Shown here: positions 53,030-64,000 of the stretch, in pieces
Position numbering within the stretch: the stretch's first letter is position 1
Layout of the letters: the number at the start of each line of letters is the position of its first letter
Assembly (NCBI GenBank): GCA_021613535.1
Contig: CP075492.1
Location: 11,346,001 to 11,410,000 of the forward strand
Direction: 5' to 3'
From: Adineta vaga
Taxonomy: Eukaryota; Animalia; Rotifera
DNA: 64,000 nucleotides
Made by a program: the position numbers and the translations under genes
Notes under the pieces: model-generated
What the model saw: the letters and a program-made list of their open reading frames with translations, nothing else
Database searches by the model: none
What the model was told of the DNA's origin: nothing

Positions 53030-56000
53030 ATGAAAGCTCGAACAGGCGCCGAAAAAAAAGCTGTAAATGTTTGTAGCATCGGACTTTATTTGTGCATTGA
53101 GATCGTTTTATTTTTAGGCCCAACCAGCTGCCAGTGGAGCAACGGCTCAACGACGAGTTAGTCTAGTTCATCGGGGTTCAACAGGAGGATACCGAGTACG
53201 GAAATGTACTTATTGATAGAATCGATATAAATCATTTTTTTTATAGGATGATGATCAAGAAGGTGGAAATATGCCATCGAGTTTTATTGAAGATGTAATT
53301 TTGCTTTATGAAATAAACATCAATGAATAACTGATAATTATGTTTAGGCTCTTGGTCGTTCTGATGATCCATTAAAACTAACCGATGCGGTAATTTATAT
53401 TTTTTCAATTGATCGATCATTTCGTTTATTGTAATGATTAATTTTAGGAATTGAATGAAGAACATACACGAATTCTCACTGCACGAAATCCTCAAGCAGC
53501 TGAAAATATAGTTCGATACAATTATAAAGTAAAGTCTACACTAAAATCCTTCTATAATTTACAATAAGAAATTATTAGGAACGAATCTATAAACCTATTC
53601 CACATGTCGATCAATTGGCTGTTCATTTTCAAATGGAGAGTAATATGATTCATAAAGATTCTGAAGATGCAAAACGACAAGCTACTCTTGATACTGGAGG
53701 TAATGAATGAAAATATTGAGAAAAATATGACTATGTTCGTTTTTTAGATCATACTACGGAAGAAGTTCAAACAGAAACAATAGCAGTTGGTACAGATGGA
53801 GTAAATCAAATTGATGAATGTCTTGTATATTTTGATGCCATATTCATCTTCATTTAGGAAACAACAGCAAGAGAAGGTGACGAAGAAGATGAAGATAAAC
53901 CAAAGAAATCAACTGTTGCTGGTGGTAAAACAAAGAAACTTACCAATCAATTCAATTTTAGTGAACGTGCATCTCAAACATATAATAATCCCGTTCGAGT
54001 ATGTATCATTTCATTATTGTATGATTTGAATTATTTCACATTTCTAAAGAATCGTGAAACATTTGTTGAACAAACTCCACGTGCTACTTTTACTGATAAT
54101 GTTTCACAATGGTCAATCTTTGATGCATACAATGAAGATTTTGAACAACAAGTAATAAATAAAATTGTTGAAGATATTCTCATCGAATTCAAATTGTTTT
54201 CCTATTTAGCAAAAATTAAAAGAAAAAGAATCAAAAAAACATACGGTGAAAAAAGATGATGATCGAAAGAAAAAGTTTGTTCCATCGGAACAACAAGTAA
54301 GATATGAATTTTTTATTCGTGTTTTCTCGATAGTTTTCATAGGCTGGTGATGAATTTGCAAAATTTGTTCGATCGAAAGCTGCAAATGTTTCATTAAAAA
54401 TACTCGAACGAATGATTAATCAAAATACATTCGATGATATTGCTCAAGGTATTTTCCAACTTTCTTTCTTTACATTAAATAATTAATTCCATTGTTTGTT
54501 TGTTTTTTGTATACAGATTTCAAATATTGGGAAGATGCTGCTGATGAATATCGTGAGCAACAAGGTAGTCTTTTACCATTATGGTTATTTCAATATGAAA
54601 TGGTAAAGAAACTTTCATGTACGAATCTGGCTTGGAATTCACAATATCCAGATTTATTTGCTGCTGCATTTGGTTCATGTCAGTTTTTGTAGATTGTTTG
54701 ATTGATGAAGTTTGTTACTGTTTTTTTTTGCAGATGATTTTCTCAAACAATCTCGTGGCATGTTTTTAATCTATTCATTGAAAAATCCAAGTTATCCGGA
54801 GAATATTTTTCAAACGGATAGTGGTGTTATGAGCTTGGATTTTCATCCAAAACATTCCAATCTTCTTTGTTGTGGTAAGTCTCTTCATATTATCTATTTC
54901 ATTAAATACAGCATAGTACAAACATTTGTTGATCCTATTTTCCAGTCGAAATATTGAAATAGATCAGGTAAATAATTATTGATGTTTGTATCAATACAAA
55001 AGTAGTACTGTTCTTCACGATTGCACGGTAATGATTATGAAAATATTCCGTACTCGAACACATATTTTATGCATATTGCACAGCTATCATATAGTTTAAG
55101 GACCAAATTATTTGTACAGATATTCTACTTAGAACTACATTTTTTCTTGAACGTTTGTCGGAATCCTTAATAAGATCAATTCGTGGAGTAATATCAGACT
55201 TCTGATAATGTATGTTTACTGGAAGATATCAGATCGAGACGACAGGGCCACTAAGATATGACCTTAAAACATGGGGGAAAAAAGCGTGATAGTACAAGGG
55301 TTAATGTCGATCAAACGACGTTTTTTCGTCCTTGAGGAAAAATTGAATATACACAAGTTTTGTTAGTCATCGTGAAACCCAGATTATATCCATGTAAATA
55401 TAAATTCTATACATATTAGAAAGAAAACAACCTTGAAGAGTTACAGCAAATAAAGAAACCTTATAATATAATCAAATTCAATGAATTACATATGAGCAAG
55501 CTTTATTTATATTTGTTCTTGTTCAAAAGGACAAGATTTATTAATATATATTTTTTTTCTATTTGTAGGTTTTTATGATGGCTCAGTAGCTGTTTACAAT
55601 GTTGCTGATGAAAATAAACGACCAAAATATCAAAGTACAGCTCGTAGTGGTAAACATACAGATCCTGTTTGGCAAGTCCGTTGGCAAAAGGATGATTTAG
55701 ATAACAATCTAAATTTCTACTCGGTATCATCCGATGGTCGAGTTGTTTGTTGGACATTGATCAAAGTAAGAAATGACGCTTCAAGAAAACAATGTATTCA
55801 GTTTTTTTGTTCTAAACTATAGAGTGATCTTATGTATACTGATATTGTTCAATTGAAATTAGAAAAACCAGCAATTGAAGCAGATGAAGGTGTTCCATTA
55901 ACAACACTTGGTATTTATTTACAATTCTTTCGTTATAGTTTCTGATCTATTCTCTTTCTCGACCGATAGGATGTGGTACATGTTTTGATTTCAATAAACA

Positions 56001-56663
56001 ACAAGATTATTTGTTTATTGTTGGTACTGAAGAAGGCAAAATTCATAAATGTTCGAAATCTTATAATAATCAATTTTTGGATACATTCGAAGCTCATCAT
56101 ATGGCCGTGTATGCTGTTCGTTGGAATACATATCATCCGAAAATCTTTGCCAGTTGTTCAGCCGATTGGACTGTTAAAATTTGGGACATTAATTACAAGT
56201 AATTTCAAACTTTTCTATTGCTCAATTAATTCATTTACCTCTCTCTTCTAGAGATCCTTTGTTTGTTTACGATCTTGGTAGTGCTGTTGGTGATGTTGCT
56301 TGGGCACCGTATTCTTCAACAGTATTTGCTGCATGTACTGCTGATGGTAAAGTTTATGTATTCGATTTAAATGTGAATAAATACGAACCATTAGCCGACC
56401 AAATTATTGTACAAAAGAAACGTACGAAATTGACACATATTGCTTTTAATCAACGTTATCCAATTTTACTTGCTGGTGATGATCGAGGCAATGTCACAAC
56501 ATTGAAACTTTCTCCCAATTTACGTAAGAAACCTAAAGTTAAAAAGGGACAAGATGTACCTGAAGGTCCCGAAGCTGAAAATGCAAAATTAGATAAAATT
56601 CTTGCACTTATTCGTGATTCAGATGCATCAAAGAATAAACCAACAACAACAACATCAAGTTAA
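53030..56663 (+). CDS. DNAI1: Axonemal outer-arm dynein intermediate chain 1 (WD40), multi-exon
   Basis: [97 protein letters not shown]. Confidence 0.96.
54907..55127. mobile_element. Possible degenerate MITE remnant in the long DNAI1 intron
   Basis: Left end TACAGCATAGTACAAA..GATCC is an imperfect inverted match to right end GGACCAAA..TTTGTACAGATATTCTA; TA at both ends; the host intron is about 690 nt versus ~55 nt for its neighbours. Confidence 0.25.
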
Positions 56664-58931
56664 CAATATCATTTTCTTTTTTTCTTTTTGAAATGTGAAC
56701 GCATATTTTTCATTTTGAACTGTGTGCTTTTATATCAAATGAATAACCTGTTTGAGTATTTTTTAATACTGAGAATGGCTATTAATATAGCGTGAAAGTA
56801 TTGTCAAATAAACTGCTCACATTTCTTCCACAAATGTTCGATACATCTACAGAGCAAGAGAGAGAGAGAGAGAGAGAAGGATTTTTTCGTGATTTCGAAA
56901 TGATCTATTATTGAATACCTTCTGACAGATAGCCCTTGATATAAATAGTATGAATTTAGTTGATTTTGATTTTATCGCTCAGATTAACCTTGTTCGTTTG
57001 TTCGATAAAAGAACTAAATGTATTCATTACATTACCTTGGCTTATGTCGCTTGAAACGGTTGTTATCATTGTCAAGGAAAGAAAACAAACATATTTCTAC
57101 ATATTAGTTAAAGAGATTTATTGTTTTATTTGTGGAAAAATAATTTTTTCAAGTCTAAACTTATCATCTTCAAGGCGAATAATAATTGAAGTGTGAAGAA
57201 AATAAATCAACTTTTTCGTTACATACATTAATAGGCGACACATCAAAAGAAACTAATGTCGTAATCAAAACGTCGTCTTTTACAAACGAAAAAAAGAAGA
57301 AAAATCGGTTGATTTTACAATTTCAATGTCATAGAACAAATCGGACAGAAGCAAAACTTACTTAACTTATTTATATTAACAATCTATTAGACAACATCGT
57401 TTTCTTTTTGGAAACTTCTGCCTTCTTGTTTTATTAAGTTATAACTTCATGCATGAAAGAGTGAAAAACGTAAGTCCTTAGTTTTTTAGTGGTTTTCTAT
57501 GGGTCACTGCATTTTGTATCTAATAAAGGGTACATATTTGTTGTTTTGTATGTCGAATAAAGAGATGATGGAGTATTATTAAATGTAAGATGTTTATTGA
57601 ACGATAAAAGCGAGAGAAAGAAAGAAAGAATGAAAGAAACGTCAGGAGTTTCTTTTTTCGATTTATTAATATTTCTGTCTGTCTAGTCAATGTGAAGTGT
57701 TGAAAATCAAAAAAGAGCAAATAATAATGACAATAGTTGTCGTTATGTTGGTTATTCATTAGAGTTTTTCTTTTTTAGAAACAATAATTGGCATTGAGAA
57801 AGAAAAATACGATGACCTTGTAGATTTTCATACAAGTAAGTAATGATTCTTTTGTGAAGAGTTAAAGACTTCTTTCAATTAATCTTTGAAGAATAGTATG
57901 ACAGACATTTTTCTTTCGATTCTCAAGAGATTCATGTAGAACAAGTATATTAGTACGATGTTTTACTTTTACTTTTCTATTATCTAGTGTTAAAATGGAT
58001 ACGATCACATTCAATTCGTTGGTTCCTGTTAACACTAGTTATGACTGATGATCTTATGTAGAATCGAAAGGCCACAGTAAATGTTAGTAGTATACTAACC
58101 ATTCTTATGACTATTCTATATGTGTCATAATGATGGTTCAAATCGTTATGTTCCCATCCGGGGATAAGCCATGATCATTATGTAAGAAAGATCATATGTC
58201 TCTCTATTGGGATGTGTGTGTGTGTGTGAGAGAGAGATCAACTATCTCATTTAATTTTTGTTCATTAAAATTCTTCTTTTGTTCTTTTTCACCTCTCGAT
58301 TTACTATCAAAGCTAATTACAATCTACAGTTGTTATATGCTTCATGCTAGTTTATGTCTCCTTTGTCTTCTCTCATTAATTATTACTGACTACTACATTT
58401 GTTCGACATACATCTGCGTGTATATATATATATGAATACAGATCGAGCGTATATCCATATATTCAAGTTTTACTCTCAAATATGATATTATCTTGAGCGA
58501 AAAGGAGGTGAAGTAAGTATAATATATCTTATAAGAAGAAAAATCCCTTTTTAGTTAGTAAAAGTGTCATCTCTAAAACACATAAGTTTCATGGACGATG
58601 TCCACTTTCATATAGAGATAAGATTCATATCAAAAGCGTTTGATATATCGATTTAATAAAATGATGAATATGATAATAGTTTTACGCGTTTTCTTCTTTC
58701 GACGTAATAGAAAAGAGTTTGAAGTTGTGTCATCGATATCGAACATAACTTTCAATGAAATCTCTAAAAATTACACAATAAAACGAACTCAATTCTAATC
58801 AGATTGATTTGAGACACGTCTTATATAGTCTAAGAATAGTATTAACGAAGATTATTCTAAGCTGATCTATACATAAAAAAAATCCCTGTTAAACAATGTT
58901 TTTCTATTTTCTAGATTTCTCTTTTACAATA

Positions 58932-61900
58932 ATGGAAAAATCATTATCTTATCGTCAATATTATCAAATTGTTCCTCCGGTTAGTTCAACAAAAATTCGT
59001 AGTAAAAGTTCTGAATCTTTACCAAATCCAAATCAATTACAAATTGATTCAGAACAAAAACAATTGAATAGAAAAGCAAAAATTAAAAAGTCTCAAACAG
59101 CATTACTTGATTTTCAACTTAAACCAACATCAAATTCAACATCGACTTTACGTCGTCGATTTAGTCTTTTCCGTACCAAACGTTGTCAACAAACAGATGA
59201 ACATACTGACATTCAAACTCTTCAACAAACGATTGATCAATTAAAAAATGATTTACTAATTAAAACTAATGAACTTCAAGGAATGAAAGAATTAATTGAG
59301 AATAGACGAAATACAATGAGACAAGCATCAAGTGAATCCATTGAACAAGCTATGCATCTTCAATTGATCTTACATACGAGACTCGAAGAAATGCTTCGAG
59401 AAAATGGCTTATTGAAAAAAACGATTCATGAACTTGAAACCTATGCACAACAACAAAGAAGTAAGAAAGAAAAAAAAAGAAGATTTTTATTTTACTATTC
59501 ATTCACTACTTGTCATATTGACACGAGAAATTGTTCAATGAATATCGGGTAGACTATAAAAAATTCAACGAAGGAGAGACATTTAGATCTATGTAATCGA
59601 AAAATAAACTATTTGTAATTGGACAGATTGATATTTGAAGTAGATGTACTTCAATATGAAATGAATTAAGAATCGATTTTTAAACATGATATATATCGAT
59701 ATAATAGGCTTTTTTCCTCTTACTTGATAATACTGTAATGAAGTCCTTTATCAGGGACATTGACGATCAGTGAAGCGTTATGTCATCGGGGACACACGTG
59801 CGGACAAGGATCGTTGTCTGAACTGACCTTGTTTGACGCATATTATGTCTCACACAAATAGTTAGAAAAAGGAGAAAACGAAAGACAGGTTTTTACCTTC
59901 CCTCTTAATTTCACTTCTTTTCCTCTCTTCTTCGTCTGCATGTAGATGTATACATTGTATTTCTTTCTTCTTCTTCATCTTTTTCTTCTTTCTCTTCTCT
60001 TCTCTTCTCTTCTCTTCCTCGCATTCACTATCAAAACATGCGTACAATCGAACAAAACATATATATCCATCGGTCGAAATAAAAGCTGATCAACCACACA
60101 ATTCTCTTTTCTTTCCTATCAGTATTAATCATCAAAAGCATTTTGTTTTGTTTCAATAATCAACTACAGAAATGCGTCTTTTTCGACGATTTCGAAAATC
60201 GAATTCACCAACAACTCCATCTCCTTCATTGCAAACAGTTGTGGTAAACAGAGGTAAAACAAACTTTTTCATCTTTTTTGCTCGTTTTTCATCATCATTG
60301 TTATTACATTTGTGATACTTATGTGATGACAAGTTTACATCAGTCATCTCTCTGGTTAACATTTACAAAAGGTATATACGTCACACTATTTTACAAAGTA
60401 AACATTAGTCTAATGAGATTTATCGTTTTCTTCAACTATCACGTATATGTCGATACATATTTCAAACATAGAACTGATAATGTTCATCCAATAAAAACCC
60501 TACCTGTGTGTACACATACTCAATGAAACAATAGTGAAACTGACCTTTTTTACCCTCAAGTAAAATATCCTTTCTGCATCGCAATATCTACGAGTTTGAA
60601 ATTTTCAAGTTAATGAACAAATAATAATGACGGTCAATGAATTCTCTTTGTATCAATTATTGTATCTATTCGATATATTTGTTCATCTGGAAATCTTTTT
60701 CATTCACCTGATTAGTGTATTACATCGATTTGAATGATCAGGGGTATGATATAATCATGCATAGATACACCTGTCTATTTGCTCAATTCAATCCGATGAT
60801 GAATGAGAAAAAACGACAGATAAGATATATATATATATATATATATATACGTTTACTTTGAAAGTAAACAGAAATTTCTATTTATTCATATGTTCGATAT
60901 TTCATACCTATGGATGATAATATGATTTCATTTTCTTTTCTCTTTCAAACAAAGAAAAAGTACTTGGAGATTTAATTGATGAAGAAATTCTGTTAAGGTT
61001 TCTATTTTTGATACAGTTGAACGAAGCATCAAAAAAAGACAGATGAAGAAAAATAGAAAATTGATTTCATTTTTTTCACATTATGAAAGACTTTAGTGGC
61101 TTTAGTTTATCTTATGTAAGAGTATTGAAAGTTCAGTTTAATGGAGAATATATTAAGTGTTTCTTTCCTTCTACTGTATCGAATTTACTTACATACATTA
61201 CTATCAAAAGTGACTCACGCTTCGTTCATATTCAAAGACATTTTATTGCTTCATCATTCGTGTACATATAAAAAATTTCTCATAGAATTTGTGAGTGATA
61301 CATACTATGTATGTATGTATATAGTTCCAATTCTAGTGCATCATCATTAAATACATATTTAGAAATCCTTGGATAGTTCATTATAATATCATGTCATGCT
61401 GAGGTGACAAATGAACATTTGTGAATCATCGAAGGTCATAGATAGACTCAGTGTGCTAATGATTAGACAGATTTTCATAAGTTAAGTAAACTAATATTGA
61501 GCAAATGATTTAATTAGAATTCAATTGAGTCATATGAATTGAAAACAAATAAAGACAAAAAAAAATGAATCTTTTCGACGTATTCCTATTGAAGACAATT
61601 TGAAGGGTAATTATAAATATTTTGATAGGCAACTCTATATATAGCTCATTGTACTTGTCTATCAAGGTTTACTATACACCTTAAGTGTAGAAGCACATCG
61701 AAATAGTATGTTGTAATTATTTTGACCTTATGATATGTTATACTTATATTTATATTCTTATGAAGAAGTCGAGGAAAAAGAAAAGAAAAGAAAAGAATCA
61801 ATCGTTGACCATGAAAGAATTGAGATGACGACATATGATAGGAAGAATATATCATCGAAAAAAGAGTCAATTAAGAGTTACATTTTGATAGAATGATGTT

Positions 61901-64000
61901 CAACAATACTTTAATATCACTATCCGATTATCATTCATTAGAATTATTTCGATTGAAATCGAAAGAATTTGAAAAATATCTAGAGTATCAGATCAAACGA
62001 CAACGACAAGATAATGGTAAAAAGTTCCGAATGTAATACTTCTCTTAGAACATCTTGTTGTTTTTGTTAAGTGACTTTCATCTGTATAGAAATCTTCTTT
62101 CTTTTTTGTAGCACCAAATTCACCTTCAAATCATTCTCTTCTTACATCTACATTTTCTGAACCAAATAATCATTCAAATAGTAAATCAACGAATTTTACA
62201 CATTCAGTACCGATTTCTCGCGCAGAAATACGACATAAAAGTGAAATAGAAGTTGAAGTCAAACACCAACAACAACAACAGCAGCAACAGCAACAGCAAC
62301 AGCAACAACAAATTCGAAATGCATTTCATAATAATATCTCTCCACAATCTACGTCATCTTATCCTCCGGTGATACGTCCCATAGGTATTACAAATAATCG
62401 AGTACCAGCTATATTTTTCGATGAAAATACGCCTTCACAACATTATCAAATACCAAAACGTCGTATTCTAACAAATTCCATTCAAACTCAAACATTCCAT
62501 CAAAATGATCATTATCTTCAACAATTAAAAGTATTAAATGAAGAAACAGTATTAAAAAATGAAAAAATTCATATACTTTTACGTGAACTAACAGACTGTC
62601 AGGTGAATATTGTATACACACTGCAGGTGTTTGATTTTCGTTTCGTTTTCTTTCTACTATCTTCTGTACAGGCAATAATCAAACAGCAGGAACAACAATT
62701 GGTGAACGGTAAAAAAGAACGCGATCAATTGTGTTGTATTGTCGATGAGCGATCGAACGACTTACGTAATCTTAACCAAAAGAATGAACAATTGGAGCAA
62801 ATGATAAGAAATGGTAAATAATCCAATATATACACACTCATACATAGCGAGAAAGATACACGCACATACCATCCGAATAAGCCTTTTTATAACAATCGAT
62901 TTCTTTCTTTGATTTAGAACAAGAATATAAAAACGACGAAAAGAAACTTCTTTCCTTATTACAAGAATCTCAACACGAACGTGATCAATTAATACATCAA
63001 CAAGTAGACTTAGTTCAATGTTTTGAACTCTATTTAATTTATTTGTTTCATAGAGACAAACACATGATCGTATTTATAAATTTGAAGAACAATTGAAATA
63101 TTATGAAAATGATTCAACAAGTATGCGTGATCATCTTTTAACTTCGAAAGTAAAATTAGATAAGAAAATCGATGAAAATCAATGTTTAACAAATGAATTG
63201 ACAAATATGAAAAAATTCTGTGATCGTCTTGAACAAGAAAATCAAAAATTAAAATTACAAGTTGATTTCGAACGGAAAAAAGTAAGCTTATCTTTTCATT
63301 CAAGTTCAACATTCATTTCTTTTCGTAGAATGAAGAATGTACGAAATTAAAATCATTAGTCGATATTGAATTACAAAATTCTCTCGAAAAATTTCGTTCA
63401 CAACGTTATGAATATGAAAATAAATTTACAAATCTAGATGAAACATTGAAATATTCTCAAAAACAAAATCAAATTTTTCAACAAAATCAACGTTTAATTG
63501 ATGAAAAACATGGCGAAGAAGTTCAACAATTAAAACATCATATCAATGAATTAGAAATTAAAATCGAAGAAGTTATTAAAGATAAAGCTTTATTATCTAT
63601 ACGTTGTGGAGAATTAATGGATGAAAATCATAAATTAGAAAAAGTATTAACCAATAAAGAAGATGATTATGAAGAGAAGATTAATTGTTATAAAAAGAAA
63701 AATTTAATTTTATCAACACAAATCGATGATATGGAAAAGAAATTAAATGAAACAAGAAAACAATTAGAAATAGTTATAATGGAAAAAGATGAAACATTAG
63801 CTGATATGTTAGTTGCTGTACGTGTTGCAAGTGAATTGAGATATGGTAAGATTTTTGAATGTATAATGATTGTAGAAGAGAACGTTTTTCATTTGTTTAG
63901 ATGCAGAAGATCGTCTGAATAAAGCGAATGATGATTTAAAACGAGTAACGGAACATATTGAACAAGAACGAGCGATGAATAAAGTAGTTCAACGAAAACA
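58932..64000 (+). CDS. Long coiled-coil protein, probably cytospin/SPECC1-like, with alternative first exons; continues past window end
   Basis: Extended heptad-rich exons at 62112-64000; ADMLVAVRVASELRYDAE resembles the cytospin block ADLQTAVVIANDIKSEA as recalled. The expected CH domain is not in the window. Confidence 0.6.
62268..62312 (+). repeat. polyQ-encoding CAA/CAG repeat in the coiled-coil gene
   Basis: Uninterrupted in-frame caa/cag run. Confidence 0.9.

Noticed and set aside
1-64000. CRISPR arrays, rRNA, tRNA, autonomous transposons, alternative genetic code
   Set aside because: No regularly spaced repeats, structural-RNA signatures, or transposase/RT ORFs were seen. ORF breaks are explained by GT-AG introns under the standard code.

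Overview
AT-rich, gene-dense eukaryotic (animal) genomic DNA with many ~50-60 nt GT-AG introns. Intron size, composition and a fungal/plant-type transporter point to a bdelloid rotifer, but this is inferred, not proven. About 20 protein-coding genes can be read: ALAS (runs off the left edge), twinfilin, a NUAK kinase, a GTF3C2-like WD40 protein with ZNF512-like zinc fingers, a BTB-Kelch protein, a PPP1R3-type PP1 subunit, DNAAF5, a RanBP2-finger orphan, ARHGAP1/8, a DEDDy 3'-5' exonuclease, a tandem orphan pair, another orphan, THEM6, a Lines-like ORF, YPEL5, a UPF0489 protein, TOMM6, an OPT oligopeptide transporter, a LIM-SAM-YfaP-like chimera, DNAI1 and a cytospin-like coiled-coil gene (runs off the right edge). 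The most notable observations are: (1) the stop codon of an intronless Lines ORF doubles as the apparent splice acceptor of YPEL5, 2 nt upstream of its ATG, inside a tightly packed operon-like run; (2) NUAK has two alternative first exons and two alternative last exons that each complete the kinase domain; (3) a ZNF512-like finger/TFIIIC-beta fusion; (4) two adjacent foreign-looking genes (OPT and LIM-SAM-YfaP-like); (5) a UPF0489 protein that has lost its conserved His/Asp residues. No CRISPR, rRNA, tRNA or intact transposon was seen. Exon boundaries were read by eye and family assignments come from recalled motifs, not database searches.
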